A stretch of 64,000 nt of DNA from an uncultured Planctomycetota bacterium (GTDB taxonomy: Bacteria; Planctomycetota; Planctomycetia; Pirellulales; Lacipirellulaceae). The stretch is taken from NCBI GenBank assembly GCA_963719315.1, contig CAVRBU010000002.1:352001-416000 (forward strand). Reading direction: 5' to 3'. This document shows positions 24,752-35,762 of the stretch, in pieces. The translations under genes were made by a program, and so were the position numbers. The notes beneath the pieces are model-generated. The model saw only the letters and a program-made list of their open reading frames with translations. It was not told where the DNA came from and made no database searches. Position 1 is the first letter of the stretch; every line of letters begins with the position of its first letter.

Positions 24752-25972
24752 CTACCTATTGGCTGGCTCCGTTGGTCGTGCGTCGATCCACACCGAGCGG
24801 TGATCGGTCGCCGTAATCGCTTCGGCGCCGGGTTCGCCAGGTTTGGGCCAGAAGATGCCGCCCCGCACCACTTCCAGGCCGCGAGAGGGGAGCACGTAAT
24901 CGATCCGCAGGCAGCCGTGGCCTTCGTTGGTGAAGTTCGACGTCACGCGAGCCGGGTCGCCGTGGTTATTCGCGAATTGGTCGGGGAACTTTTGTACCGT
25001 GAGCGGGCCGCCTTCGCTTGTGGGCGTGAACGATGCGTTGACGCGCGGATTCTGCAGCAGTTGGTTCATCGTGCCGGGCACGCTTTGGCCATCGACCGAG
25101 TCGGAGTTGAGGTCGCCGACGATGACAAACTGGGCGTCGACGGGCAGGCCACCGTGCTGGCCGGTGTCATCGAGTAGATACGCGCCTTTTCGCGGGTCGA
25201 TATAATCGCCAATCAGCCGGACTTCGTCGTGGTTGCGACAGCCGTTGCGGTCTTCGGGGCCGTCAAACACGGGCGGTGTCGGATGAGAGCACAGAAGATG
25301 CAACGTGAACGGCCGACTTTTGTCGCGGGCCGGAACATCTATCGGCACGTCCCAAAAGCTCTTCGACGAAAGCCGCAAGATGGCAAGGTCGTCATCGTCG
25401 TAGAACGACGTGCCGGTCTTTGGATTGATCGGCAGTTTGGCGTTGGGCATATCGCGCCATAGAAACTTTTGAAAACTGCGAACCCGCTCGCGATCGATTG
25501 GAAACTTCGATAGCACGAGCATCCCATATTGGCCGGGGTGTTTGCCGTAGCCAAATGCATCGTCGGCACTTCCCCGTTTACGGTCGTGACTCAGGTCGCG
25601 GCCGCTGGGCATGCCGGTATTCACCGGGCCCGCAAAGAAATACTCAAACTTGATCGGCTCGCAGCCGTTCAGACCGACGGCCAGATACTTGGTGCGAAAT
25701 AGTTCAGCGGCACGGCCGGCCGCGTCGTAATCGAACTCGTTTAAAAACAGGATCTCGGGCCGCACGCGCTGAATGACTTCGGCGATTTTGCGAGCTTGTT
25801 CATTATCGCCCTTTTCGAGGTCGACGATGAGTTGGCCATCCGCATCCCGAAACATCGACGTATTGTACGTGGCGACGCGGATTGTTCCGTCGTCGGCCAC
25901 GGAATGGCGGCATTGTGAAACGACTAACAGCAGGACGAACACCACGATCCACGATCGATTTGAATTAGACAT
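24752..25972 (-). CDS. secreted endonuclease/exonuclease/phosphatase family protein
   Basis: Signal peptide; RVATYN, LNEFD, HPTPP, GDLNSD, RIDYVLPS, TDHRSV. Confidence 0.88.
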   Translation of the reverse strand: MSNSNRSWIVVFVLLLVVSQCRHSVADDGTIRVATYNTSMFRDADGQLIVDLEKGDNEQARKIAEVIQRVRPEILFLNEFDYDAAGRAAELFRTKYLAVGLNGCEPIKFEYFFAGPVNTGMPSGRDLSHDRKRGSADDAFGYGKHPGQYGMLVLSKFPIDRERVRSFQKFLWRDMPNAKLPINPKTGTSFYDDDDLAILRLSSKSFWDVPIDVPARDKSRPFTLHLLCSHPTPPVFDGPEDRNGCRNHDEVRLIGDYIDPRKGAYLLDDTGQHGGLPVDAQFVIVGDLNSDSVDGQSVPGTMNQLLQNPRVNASFTPTSEGGPLTVQKFPDQFANNHGDPARVTSNFTNEGHGCLRIDYVLPSRGLEVVRGGIFWPKPGEPGAEAITATDHRSVWIDARPTEPANR

Positions 25973-26017
25973 GATGGTGAACCTGGGCGTTACTAATGGA
26001 AATTCAGTCGGAAGCTA

Positions 26018-26094
26018 TTTGACCACGGATAACTCGGATGGCCACGGATTATTTCTACGAAACTCATCCGTGATACACAGTCATCCGTGGTAAA
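26018..26094. repeat. CCACGGAT-type intergenic inverted repeat
   Basis: ACCACGGAT...CACGGAT / ATCCGTG...ATCCGTGGT. Confidence 0.6.
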
Positions 26095-26392
26095 ATATCG
26101 GCCGTTTGGCATGCGTCGCCAAACTTGGAGGGTTAGGCATATTGTACGGGGCGAGCGGTCGGCACGGCGAGCGCTGCGTCGGGGAAAAAATCGCGTGGAG
26201 CTTCGTGGATTCTTCACATCGCGTGCGGCAACGGCTAAAATGGACCGCGCCTGGCCCGGGGTACGATGCGGGCGCACTCCGGGGTTTCGATTTCTCGCGG
26301 CGAGCGGCGCCGCGCGTGGAATAAAGGATGAAGCCATGTCTGTTACATTGGTGGCGGAGCGGCTGGCGGTTCGACCAACGACTGAGGAGTTT

Positions 26393-27025
26393 ATGAGCGG
26401 AGTGTTCGAAGTTCAGCATCCGCTGATCGCTTGCCACATCACGCGATTGCGAGATAAGACCACGCCGCCGCCGGAGTTTCGACAATTGGTGCATCGGCTC
26501 GCGTCGCTGCTCGCGTACGAGGCGACGAAGGATCTGCGGGCCGAGCCGGTCAAGGTGCAAACGCCGCTCACCACGACCGAGGGTCGGCAACTTTCACAAC
26601 GGATCGGTCTGATCCCGATTTTGCGGGCCGGGCTGGGGATGATCGATCCGGTACTGGAATTGATTCCCACGGCAGAGGTCTGGCATCTTGGATTGTATCG
26701 CGACGAAGAGACAGCGAAGCCGGTTAAGTATTATTCAAAGCTGCCGCCGGAACGGCCGGTGGATGTCGCCCTGATTCTCGATCCGATGCTCGCGACGGGC
26801 GGGTCGGCTGTTGACGCGCTAGGGACGCTTCGGGATTGGGGAGTGTCGCAGGTGAAATTGTTGTCGCTGATCGCGGCCGAAGAGGGCTTGAAGCGGGTCG
26901 AACTGGAGTATCCGAACGCTCAGATTTACGTTTGCCAGATCGATCCGCATTTGAACGATCGCAAGTTCATCGTGCCGGGACTAGGAGACGCCGGTGACCG
27001 GATCTTTAATACGCTGGGTCAATAG
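26393..27025 (+). CDS. upp: uracil phosphoribosyltransferase
   Basis: HPLI, PILRAGLGM, GLYRDEET, LDPMLATGGS, IVPGLGDAGDR; GAGGAG RBS. Confidence 0.97.
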   Translation: MSGVFEVQHPLIACHITRLRDKTTPPPEFRQLVHRLASLLAYEATKDLRAEPVKVQTPLTTTEGRQLSQRIGLIPILRAGLGMIDPVLELIPTAEVWHLGLYRDEETAKPVKYYSKLPPERPVDVALILDPMLATGGSAVDALGTLRDWGVSQVKLLSLIAAEEGLKRVELEYPNAQIYVCQIDPHLNDRKFIVPGLGDAGDRIFNTLGQ

Positions 27026-27197
27026 CCGCGGCGTTGTAAGTGGTTTTCTTGACCACGAGGCTCGAAGGGCACCAAGGCCGGATTCTGTTTCCGTGCCGTA
27101 CACGTTGAAGCGCGATCATTTGATTTTTTGAATTGGTGTTCTTCGTGTTCTTTGTGCCTTCATGTTCGATTGCTTTAACAGGAACTTTGGTAGCACC

Positions 27198-27752
27198 ATG
27201 AACATTTTGCTCAGCAAGGAAGATTTGCACGATGGCGTTACGCGGATGGCCGATGAGATTTCGACCTGCTACGAAGATCGGCAGCTTACGATTGTCGGCG
27301 TGCTGACGGGCAGCGTGGTGCTGATGGCCGATTTAATTCGGATGATCGATCTGCCGATGCGCGTGGGCGTACTGCAGGCCAGCAGCTATCGCGGGGCGAC
27401 GACGACGCGCGGCGAGTTGGTGATCAACTCGGAACTGATGCTCGATATTTCGGGCCGCGACGTGCTGTTGGTGGACGACATCTTCGATACCGGTCACACG
27501 CTGGTGCGGACGCTTGAGAAAATGCGTGAGCTCGGGCCGACGTCGATCCGCTCCGCGGTGCTGCTCCGCAAGAATGGCCGGCAGGAAATCGATTACAAGC
27601 CGGATTTCGTGGGGTTCGATATTCCGGATGAGTTCGTGGTCGGTTACGGGCTCGATTACGAGGATATGTATCGCAATCTGCCGTATTTGGCGGCACTAGA
27701 GCCGGATGACATCTCGCGGCACAAAGAGGCGATGGCCGCAAGCCAAGAGTAG
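27198..27752 (+). CDS. hpt: hypoxanthine phosphoribosyltransferase
   Basis: SSY, VLLVDDIFDTGHTL, FVVGYGLDY...YRNLPY. Confidence 0.96.
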   Translation: MNILLSKEDLHDGVTRMADEISTCYEDRQLTIVGVLTGSVVLMADLIRMIDLPMRVGVLQASSYRGATTTRGELVINSELMLDISGRDVLLVDDIFDTGHTLVRTLEKMRELGPTSIRSAVLLRKNGRQEIDYKPDFVGFDIPDEFVVGYGLDYEDMYRNLPYLAALEPDDISRHKEAMAASQE

Positions 27753-27778
27753 TCGTCTCGCTTTGCGAGACAAAAGTT

Positions 27779-27860
27779 GTAGGGTTGGGTCGAGGAAGAG
27801 GCCCACCACTGCTGCCGACTACTAACCGCGGTGGGTCTCGCAACGCGACCCGGCCTACGC
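27779..27860. repeat. GTAG-type REP-like palindrome pair
   Basis: GTAGGGTTGGGTCG...CCCACC / GGTGGG...CGACCCGGCCTAC between convergent hpt and cdd. Confidence 0.55.
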
Positions 27861-28256
27861 TTACACTGGCCCCTCAAATCGGCTCGGTAGGAGTCGATCG
27901 AGTGTCGCTCTGTGGCCTTCGTTCGGCTTGAGCGAGTCGACCATTACGATCGGCAGGTTGGGTGCGAACTCGGCGAGGAACTGGCGACAGGCGCCGCAGG
28001 GCGAAACCCCGCCGCGACTGACGACGGCGATCGCCGTGAATTCCCGCTCGCCGTTGGCCACCGCTGCCGAGGCGGCGACGCGCTCGGCGCAAATCGTCAG
28101 GCCGTATGAGGCGTTTTCGACGTTGACTCCCTGGTAGATGCGACCGCTCGCCGTGCGCAGCGCCGCACCTACTGGAAAATTCGAGTAGGGGCAGAACGCG
28201 CGCTTCTGAGCGTCGAGGGCGGATTGAACCAGTTCGTCGCGGTCGGAGTCAGTCAT
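27861..28256 (-). CDS. cdd: cytidine deaminase
   Basis: PYSNFPVGAA, NVENASYGLTICAER, SPCGACRQ. Confidence 0.97.
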   Translation of the reverse strand: MTDSDRDELVQSALDAQKRAFCPYSNFPVGAALRTASGRIYQGVNVENASYGLTICAERVAASAAVANGEREFTAIAVVSRGGVSPCGACRQFLAEFAPNLPIVMVDSLKPNEGHRATLDRLLPSRFEGPV

Positions 28257-28403
28257 GGGCGTAAATCTATAGGTTTATTTGTCCGCAGAATTCGCACATG
28301 ATCGCAGATCGCGGAAAAACACCAAGGAACGTAAAAAGCCAATCACAAAAGCTATCTGCGAATATCTGCGCCATCTGCGGACAAAACAGTATTGCGAGAC
28401 GCC

Positions 28404-29687
28404 CTACGCTATTCGTTCCACAATCAGCGGCGGCGGCTCGGTTTGATTGTCGCTGATGGTGATGGCGGCTAGCAAGTCGCGCTTGATGTGGGCGACCGCT
28501 TCCGGTTGGGCGAACACGCGGGCCAGGGGTTGGCCGGGCTCGACCTTGTCGCCCAGGCGGACCAGCATTTCGAAGCCGACGCCGAGGTCGAGCTTGTCGC
28601 CCAGTTGGCGGCGGCCGCCGCCCAGGTTGATGACGACAAAGCCCAGTCGCTCGGTGTCGATCGCGTTGACGTAGCCGCCCCAGGGGCTGCCGATGTCGTG
28701 GGCCGGGGCGACGGGTCGCGTGGCGTCGAGATCGCCCCCCTGGGCAGCCACCATTTCGCGAAACTTTTCGAGGCCGGCTCCGGAGGAGATCGCTTTTTCG
28801 AGCCGTTTGCGGGCGGCTGCTGTCGTCGATTCCCGTTTTGCGAGCACCAGGAGTTCGGCGCCGAGCTGGAGCGTGACCTCCATCAAATCCGCTGGCCCCT
28901 TCCCCATCAGCGCATCCACGGATTCGTTCACTTCGTTGGCGTTGCCGGCCATGCGGCCGAGCGGTTGGTTCATGTCGGTGAGCAGAGCGGCGGTCGGCAC
29001 TCCCATGCGCTTGCCCGTGTCGACCATCGACTTGGCAAGCGCCCGGGCATCGTCGAGCGTCTTCATGAACGCGCCGGTGCCGTGCTTCACATCGAGCACG
29101 AGGGCATCGAGCCCCTCGGCCAGCTTCTTGCTCATGATGCTAGCGGTGATAAGCGGAATCGAAGGCACGGTGCCGGTCACGTCGCGGAGGGCGTAGAGTT
29201 TGCGGTCGGCCGGGACCAGGTCAGCGGTCGCTCCGCTGATCACGCAGCCCACGTCGCGGCAGACTTGTTGAAACTCGGCCGTGCTGAGATTCGTGCGAAA
29301 GCCGGGGATGGCTTCGAGCTTGTCGAGCGTGCCGCCGGTCGCGCCGAGGCCGCGGCCGGAGATCATCGGCACTTGCAGATCGCAGCAGGCGAGAAGCGGC
29401 GCGAGCGGGAGCGATACCTTGTCGCCGATGCCGCCAGTCGAGTGTTTGTCGACCATCGGCGATTCGCCGGCCGGCCACGCGAACGTGATGCCGGAGTGGA
29501 GCATGTGCTCGGTGAGCGCAGCCGTCTCGGCCACCGTCATGCCGCGCAGGTAAACGGCCATCGCCCACGATGCCATCTGATAGTCAGGGACATCGCCGCG
29601 AACGTAGCCGGCGATGAGCGAGCCGATTTCGTCCTCGGTCAGCTCGCCGCCGTCGCGCTTTTTCGAGATGAGGCTGACTACGTTCAT
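28404..29687 (-). CDS. pdp: pyrimidine-nucleoside/thymidine phosphorylase
   Basis: KKRDG, VDKHSTGGIGDK, SGRGLGATGGTLDKLEAIPG, LRDVTGTV, SIMSKK. Confidence 0.95.
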   Translation of the reverse strand: MNVVSLISKKRDGGELTEDEIGSLIAGYVRGDVPDYQMASWAMAVYLRGMTVAETAALTEHMLHSGITFAWPAGESPMVDKHSTGGIGDKVSLPLAPLLACCDLQVPMISGRGLGATGGTLDKLEAIPGFRTNLSTAEFQQVCRDVGCVISGATADLVPADRKLYALRDVTGTVPSIPLITASIMSKKLAEGLDALVLDVKHGTGAFMKTLDDARALAKSMVDTGKRMGVPTAALLTDMNQPLGRMAGNANEVNESVDALMGKGPADLMEVTLQLGAELLVLAKRESTTAAARKRLEKAISSGAGLEKFREMVAAQGGDLDATRPVAPAHDIGSPWGGYVNAIDTERLGFVVINLGGGRRQLGDKLDLGVGFEMLVRLGDKVEPGQPLARVFAQPEAVAHIKRDLLAAITISDNQTEPPPLIVERIA

Positions 29688-29806
29688 GGTGATAGGATAA
29701 GGGATGCAGGATGCGGGGGGCAGGGACAAGGCATTGTTTGATATACCCTGCCCCCTGCATCCCGCCTACTGCATCCTATTTGTCCAATGTCATTTAGGTC
29801 GTAGTC

Positions 29807-29840
29807 GTAGGGTGTGTGTCGCAGACTCGACACACCCTAC
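29807..29840. repeat. GTAG-type REP-like palindrome
   Basis: GTAGGGTGTGTGTCG-CAGACT-CGACACACCCTAC overlapping the PNP stop codon. Confidence 0.55.
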
Positions 29841-30658
29841 ATATTAGCAATAACCCCTTCGACGATCGCTTGCAGTTTACCGCGGGCGGTTTCGGCGGTG
29901 GCGATGACTTCGTGGCCGCTGGTGGTGACTTGCTTGTCGGGTGAGCAGATGTTGGTGATGGTGGAGAGGCCTAGAACTCGAAGGCCGGCGTGGACGGCGA
30001 CGATCGCTTCGGGGACGGTGGACATGCCGACAGCATCGGCGTCGAAGTAGCGAAGCATGCGGATTTCAGCCCGGGTTTCGTAGGTTGGGCCGAGCATCGC
30101 TGCGTAGACGCCGCGGTGGCACGCGAAATCTTGCCGGCGGGCAATCGCGAGGGCCAGGTCGCCGAGGCGGCGATCGTAGGGTGCGCCCATATCGGGAAAT
30201 CGTGGGCCAAGTTGGTCGTCGTTGATGCCGACGAGCGGGTTGCGGTTGAGCAGGTTGATGTGGTCGTCGATGACCATCACGTCGCCGCAGTTGAAATTCG
30301 GATTCAGGCCGCCGGCGGCATTGGAAACAATCAATAGCTCGATGCCGAGGGCGTGTAGCACGCGGACTGGGAACGTCGCCCGCTCCGCTGAGTAGCCTTC
30401 GTAACAATGGAAGCGGCCCTGCATGGCGACGACCGACACGCCGCCGAGCTTGCCGCAGAGCAGCCGGCCGCGATGGCCGACGGCGGTGGACTTCAAAAAA
30501 TGAGGCATGTCTCCGTAGTCGATGGCCGTATCGAGTTCGATCGATTCGCCGACGCCGCCCAGCCCTGAACCGAGAATGATGCCGCACCGCGGCCGCTCGC
30601 TCCAGCGGGAGCGGATAAAAGCGGCGGATTCGGCGATTTGCGGGCGTAGATGTTGCAT
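29837..30658 (-). CDS. punA: purine-nucleoside phosphorylase (trimeric type), copy 1
   Basis: IILGSGLG, GHRG, QGRFHCYEG, NAAGG, DHIN, GPTYET.AE, VGMSTVPE, ITN. Confidence 0.93.
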   Translation of the reverse strand: MQHLRPQIAESAAFIRSRWSERPRCGIILGSGLGGVGESIELDTAIDYGDMPHFLKSTAVGHRGRLLCGKLGGVSVVAMQGRFHCYEGYSAERATFPVRVLHALGIELLIVSNAAGGLNPNFNCGDVMVIDDHINLLNRNPLVGINDDQLGPRFPDMGAPYDRRLGDLALAIARRQDFACHRGVYAAMLGPTYETRAEIRMLRYFDADAVGMSTVPEAIVAVHAGLRVLGLSTITNICSPDKQVTTSGHEVIATAETARGKLQAIVEGVIANM

Positions 30659-30807
30659 TATCTAGTAACCACAAGGCACAAAGGATACAGAGAAATGAAG
30701 ATTGGTCATTTGTAATTTGTCATTTGAAATTGGTAATTTCTGAAATGGCCAATGACAAATGACAAATTTGCAATGACAAATCGTTTCTCCTTTGCACCCC
30801 GTGTGGT

Positions 30808-31647
30808 TCAACTCATTTTCTTAGCCGCGTCGTATTTGAGGACTCCGCAGACCAATGCTCGCAGTTTCGGCGCAGCGGCGTTGGCGGTGGCGATGATTTG
30901 CTCGACGTTTACCGGTTCGGCGTGGTCGGGGTAGCACATGTCGGTGATGACCGAGAGGCCGAACGTGCGGAGGCCGCAGTGGACCGCGACGATCGCTTCC
31001 GGGATCGTGGACATGCCGACAACGTCGGAGCCGATCCGGCGCAAAAAGCGGTACTCGGCCCGCGTTTCGAGATTCGGGCCGGTGACGGCGACTGTGACGC
31101 CGCGATGGGCGACGAAGTTTTCCTTGCGGGCGATCTCCAGGCCGGCGTCGATCAGCTCGGGGTCGTAGGGTTGCGACATATCGGGAAACCTCGGGCCAAG
31201 CCGGTCGTCGTTGATGCCCACCAGCGGATTGTCGCCCATGAGGTTGATCTGGTCATCGATGATCATGATGTCGCCAGCGCGATACATCGTGTTGAGGCCG
31301 CCGACGGCTTGCGAGACGATCAGCAGCTTTGCGCCGAGCCGCTTCATGACGCGGACGGGCAGCGTGACTTTCTTGAGCGGGTAGCCTTCGTACTGATGGA
31401 AGCGGCCTTCCATGACGACGACGGGCACTCCTTCCAGCCGGCCGCAGACCAACCGGCCGCGGTGGCTGGTGGCCGTGGATTTTGGGAAGTTCGGGATCGT
31501 TTCGTAATCGAGCGAGGCCGCGATGTCGATCTTCTCGACCAAGCCGCCGAGGCCGGTGCCGAGGATGATGCCGGCGTGGGGCGTTTCCTTGAACTTAGCC
31601 TGGATGGCAGTGGCTGCGGCTTCGATTTGGTCGTAGAGGTCGAGCAT
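30808..31647 (-). CDS. punA: purine-nucleoside phosphorylase (trimeric type), copy 2
   Basis: IILGTGLG, GRFHQYEG, GPNLETRAE, VGMSTIPE, ITD. Confidence 0.92.
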   Translation of the reverse strand: MLDLYDQIEAAATAIQAKFKETPHAGIILGTGLGGLVEKIDIAASLDYETIPNFPKSTATSHRGRLVCGRLEGVPVVVMEGRFHQYEGYPLKKVTLPVRVMKRLGAKLLIVSQAVGGLNTMYRAGDIMIIDDQINLMGDNPLVGINDDRLGPRFPDMSQPYDPELIDAGLEIARKENFVAHRGVTVAVTGPNLETRAEYRFLRRIGSDVVGMSTIPEAIVAVHCGLRTFGLSVITDMCYPDHAEPVNVEQIIATANAAAPKLRALVCGVLKYDAAKKMS

Positions 31648-31804
31648 GTGGGGCGCTCCAGGAAGATCGCGGCAAGGCGAAATGTAAGTTAGCGGGTCCG
31701 TAGTCGCGTAGCAACGGGATGACGCAGGCCCAACAGGTCGATCGTAAATAGCCAACCGGGGGCTTCCGCCGCAGGCTATTGAACGTCGCCGCGTTGCGGG
31801 TGCA

Positions 31805-32503
31805 TCAATACTTCTCGGCGGTGGCGGCGGCTGGGTTCGCGCCTTGGGCTTCTTGGACGATCTGCACGCCGGCGCTGGCGCCGAGGCGGGTGGCGCCGGC
31901 TTGGATCATGCGTTCGGCGTCCTGCAGATTGCGAATGCCGCCGGAGGCTTTGACGCCCATGCCGGTTCCGGCGACCGCTTTGCTCATGAGGGCCACATCT
32001 TCCACCGTCGCGCCGCCGGGGCCGAAGCCGGTCGACGTTTTCACAAAATTCGCCCGCGCGCGTTGGGCCGCCTGGCAAGCGCGGGTTTTCTCATCATCGT
32101 TGAGCAGTGCCGTTTCCAGAATGCACTTGCAGATCGCTCCGCCCTTCTTGCAGGCTTTGACGACGGCGCGGATATCGCGGTAAACCACATCATCGCAACC
32201 GCTTTTGAGCGCGCCGACGTTGATGACCATGTCGATCTCGGTGGCGCCGTCCCGAATTGCCCGACGGGCTTCGCGGGCTTTCGTCTTGGTGGCATTCGCG
32301 CCGAGCGGGAAACCGATCACGGTACAAACCTTGACCGGCGAATCGGCGAGCAGCTTCGCACAATGCTTGACGTAAAACGGGTTGACGCACACCGACGCGA
32401 AGCCGAACTCTTTGGCTTCGTCGCATAGCTTCGCGATCTGGTCGAACGTGGCGTCGGCCTTCAAGAGCGTGTGGTCGATGTAGCGGGAGATGTTTTGAGA
32501 CAC
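31805..32503 (-). CDS. deoC: deoxyribose-phosphate aldolase
   Basis: [47 protein letters not shown] start inferred. Confidence 0.96.
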   Translation of the reverse strand: MSQNISRYIDHTLLKADATFDQIAKLCDEAKEFGFASVCVNPFYVKHCAKLLADSPVKVCTVIGFPLGANATKTKAREARRAIRDGATEIDMVINVGALKSGCDDVVYRDIRAVVKACKKGGAICKCILETALLNDDEKTRACQAAQRARANFVKTSTGFGPGGATVEDVALMSKAVAGTGMGVKASGGIRNLQDAERMIQAGATRLGASAGVQIVQEAQGANPAAATAEKY

Positions 32504-32732
32504 GGCCGGCAGCTCCCGAGTGTGCGTATCAAGGAAGAAGACGAGCTTCAGGAATATCGCGGAAATGCGAATTCCATGGTAGATACGGCCGGACAAGGAT
32601 GTCAAACGGGGCAACCGTACATCGATGACTGCACTAGCGAACCGCCAAAACACAACGCGTGCGAGCCTTGTTCGGGCTTCATACGCGTTGTGGATACGCT
32701 TCAAGTAGCCGGGCGATATCTTTTCAGGGTTG

Positions 32733-33725
32733 TCATTGCTGGCTAGCGATGTCGTCGGCCGCACGCGTATAGAGCGAGATGAACGAATCGAGATCGACGT
32801 TTTCGGTGATGAAGCTGACGCTACCGTCGCCCATCAACTCGTTGCCGCCACCAGAATGGAAGCTGTACAGGCCTTGATAGTTGTTGCAGTTCATCACCTG
32901 GGTGAGAGGACAAGCGGGATCCTGGCTATTGCCCCACACTGCGTAGACGCCGTCATCGGCCCATTGGTAATCCTTGCCTGGGGGCGGTTCGGACATATCC
33001 GCTATGAGATTTCTATTCCTGCCGTAATTATTCGGCCGACCGGCGGACTCGAAGAACATGAACGTCTTGGAAAGGCCGTCCGTGCATTTTTTAAGCGATG
33101 TGGGCGTGTCTTGCAGCAGCCCTAACAGGCGATCGACCGAGCGCTTGCTCTTTGCCAGGCCGGTGTTCTCGACCAGAGAGCAGTAGGGGGTATCCAGGAT
33201 ATCAACCATCGTGAAATAGTCGGTCGTATATTTGCCGGGACGGCTTTCCGTAGAGGGACACAAAAAATCGGGGATATCCACCTTTACCACATCGTTGTTG
33301 ATGGTCTTCTTCGTCGGACTGAGACTTTTGTAATCCCAATTCGTCAACGGCGATTGAGTTTGGGTGTCGATCTGATCATATAGCGCTTGAAATTCCAAGT
33401 AGGGCAGAATGAACGTCAGAATGAAGTGGTGTGGTTTGCGGTTCGCAGGATTGCCTACCGAGTTCATGCCGGGGCAAGGGCCTCTACCGATCGCTCCGGT
33501 GTAATTCGGCGTATATGCCAACGGCAATTCCTTTTTCGCCGATTCATAATTCAAGATTGCCAGCCCGATCTGCTTCATCTTGTTGGTGCATTGCGTGCGG
33601 CGAGCCGCTTCGCGGGCGGCCTGAATGGCGGGAAGCAACAGGGCCACCAAAATGCCGATGATGGCAATGACGACCAGCAATTCCACCAACGTGAAACCGC
33701 GAGGCCGAGAATAACGCATTCTCAT
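32733..33725 (-). CDS. DUF1559 prepilin-type protein
   Basis: [57 protein letters not shown]. Confidence 0.94.
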   Translation of the reverse strand: MRMRYSRPRGFTLVELLVVIAIIGILVALLLPAIQAAREAARRTQCTNKMKQIGLAILNYESAKKELPLAYTPNYTGAIGRGPCPGMNSVGNPANRKPHHFILTFILPYLEFQALYDQIDTQTQSPLTNWDYKSLSPTKKTINNDVVKVDIPDFLCPSTESRPGKYTTDYFTMVDILDTPYCSLVENTGLAKSKRSVDRLLGLLQDTPTSLKKCTDGLSKTFMFFESAGRPNNYGRNRNLIADMSEPPPGKDYQWADDGVYAVWGNSQDPACPLTQVMNCNNYQGLYSFHSGGGNELMGDGSVSFITENVDLDSFISLYTRAADDIASQQ

Positions 33726-33868
33726 AAAACTTTCCTCCAATGCTCTGATCCCGATTACTGAAATGAAAAAGGATAACGACGAGAATAGGTCAGTAATAAT
33801 TATTCGTTGCGAATTGAACCAAGATCATCTGAATTCTTGCGGATTCAGCTACGGTTTTTGAAGCTTTT

Positions 33869-34324
33869 CTAATGCGTTTTCAACTCGAACGGGGGCAGGT
33901 CGTTGGTACCCGCCTTGACGTCCACGGTGAACTGGCTCTTCTCCAAATTCATGTAACGGCCCTGCAATCGATCCGGGCCCATCTGCACACCGCCACCTTG
34001 CGCTGGGACGTCGGACTTCAACGTCCACTGCATCAAAACTTTGTATTGCCCCGCCGGCGCGCCATCGGCTTTCTCGATCAACGTCAATTGAAACTTTCCG
34101 TCCGCATCCGTGATACCGAACGGGCGCATCTTCTGCAGTTCCGGCGAACCGCCGACCGGGCAGAAGATCACCATCACACCGGCGGCCGGCTTACCATCGA
34201 CGTTCACGCTGCCATTGATCGGATATCGACTAATTTTACCATCGCCGCAACCAACTAACCCCAGCAATGCCAGAACCAAGAGCGCATGAAGTGGCGGACC
34301 AAAACCTCGATTGAAGGAACGCAT
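33869..34324 (-). CDS. small lipoprotein, carboxypeptidase-regulatory-like (DUF1559 partner)
   Basis: Lipobox LVGC; G.V.VDGKP, G.TDADGKF.L, GAPAGQYKV. Confidence 0.85.
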   Translation of the reverse strand: MRSFNRGFGPPLHALLVLALLGLVGCGDGKISRYPINGSVNVDGKPAAGVMVIFCPVGGSPELQKMRPFGITDADGKFQLTLIEKADGAPAGQYKVLMQWTLKSDVPAQGGGVQMGPDRLQGRYMNLEKSQFTVDVKAGTNDLPPFELKTH

Positions 34325-34540
34325 CCTGTCGCTCTCCGATTCTCAAAAAATGTCACAATGCCGGCCGACACTTCGCCGCAGCGGCGCACGTTGTTCCGCA
34401 ATTGCGCAGTCTGCCCTAATGATAGCGTCCCGACCCAGCGTTCGTCCATTTCTTGGCCGCGTTTCGGGCAGATTTTGCAAGAATTTACGCACTGAAGACG
34501 GCGAGTAGGCAGCGGAGTGCATCGCTCGACACACGTAAAC

Positions 34541-34575
34541 GAAAAACCGCCGCGCCCATGTGGGAGCGCGACGGT
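34541..34575 (-). terminator. intrinsic terminator after the PEP-CTERM gene
   Basis: Minus strand ACCGTCGCGCTC-CCACAT-GGGCGCGGCGGT followed by TTTTC. Confidence 0.6.
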
Positions 34576-34615
34576 CAAGTTTTCGTCTAATCTGTTCGGA
34601 AAACCGGGGCTCTAT

Positions 34616-35347
34616 CTATTTGGCTCGCCGACGTAAACACGCGATGGCTAGCCCGGCAATCAGCGTCAACCCGGCCGTCGCCGGCTCGGGGACACCTTGA
34701 ACCAAGATATTGTCGAAACGATTGTTACCGGTTGATCCGGTTGCGCCGGAGAGCGTCAGGCGGAAAACGACGTTTGGATTGTTGGCCAGCGCCGTGATGC
34801 CGGTAAGGTTCGGCGAGACAACGTCAAACGACGTACTGGGGGTACCGCTTTCGCCCGTATAAGCGAGAGGCGTGAAAGATCCTCCGCCATTCGTGGAGTA
34901 GGCAAACGCACGCGACTGAAATCCGGTACCAGTACCGCGCTGTGCCCACGAAAGATTAATGTCGCTGAAACCGGTTGTGTCCACAGCAATCAGGATCTGC
35001 ATGCCATTATTGGAAAAGCCACCTACGCCGTCACTAACTCCTCCCTGAGGTGAAAGTGCTCCTCCGGCCGGATCACCGAACTGCGCGTTGCTGGTTGTCC
35101 CGGCGAAGCTCTGAATAGTAGTGTAAGCGCCGTTCGCTCCACCCGTTGTTGTATCGAAATTCGCTAAAGTGAGTGAACCGTTACCTGAATTTGGCGACTG
35201 GGGAAAATCGCCGGGAACGTACCCGAAAGTGCCGTCGGAAAAGGCGGTGGTGTTCTCATTCCAGTATGAAATGATGGCCGCGTTTGCCGAACTGGCAACG
35301 CCTGCCAGAACGATCAGGGCAGTTAAAACAATCGTAGTTCTCTTCAT
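34616..35347 (-). CDS. secreted PEP-CTERM protein
   Basis: Signal peptide ...SANA; VPEPATAGLTLIAGLAIACLRRRAK. Confidence 0.92.
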   Translation of the reverse strand: MKRTTIVLTALIVLAGVASSANAAIISYWNENTTAFSDGTFGYVPGDFPQSPNSGNGSLTLANFDTTTGGANGAYTTIQSFAGTTSNAQFGDPAGGALSPQGGVSDGVGGFSNNGMQILIAVDTTGFSDINLSWAQRGTGTGFQSRAFAYSTNGGGSFTPLAYTGESGTPSTSFDVVSPNLTGITALANNPNVVFRLTLSGATGSTGNNRFDNILVQGVPEPATAGLTLIAGLAIACLRRRAK

Positions 35348-35671
35348 TAGACTCTCATTCTTCCTGTTGCTTACAACTAAAAATTGCCTGTCTCACACCG
35401 AGCCGAGCCACTCGCCAGGCTTCAGGAGCCGGCTCGAACACTGACCCTATGGTACAACGATTTTGCAAAGATGCTATTAGTTTTATATGAATAATCCGTG
35501 ATTTTCTGATAATTGGTGCTTCAACTACTCCTTCTGGGGTAGTCGTGGCTAGAGCATTCGATGGAAGAAGGATTTGCTAGAAGCTCTGGAACTCGCGAAT
35601 CAAGTGATTTCCGGCGGTGAAGCGAGAGTTCCTATTGCTTTGTCACAGCTAAAAATTGGGGTTGGGCGCAT

Positions 35672-35735
35672 CAGCCGCAGGGGCGCTAGCCCCCGGTTTG
35701 TGCCGCTCCAACCGGGGGCTAGCGCCCCGCGGCTA
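35672..35735. repeat. REP-like inverted pair
   Basis: AGCCGCAGGGGCGCTAGCCCCCGGTT...AACCGGGGGCTAGCGCCCCGCGGCT; related half-copy at about 31755-31778. Confidence 0.65.
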
Positions 35736-35762
35736 ATCCCAAAATCAAGCTGTGACAAAGCA

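Noticed and set aside
26087..26392. Long N-terminal extensions of upp (similarly deoC and PNP copy 2)
   Set aside because: Family homology begins at downstream starts, and upp has a clear RBS at its downstream start.
28488..29741. 417-aa + strand ORF
   Set aside because: Antisense shadow of pdp.
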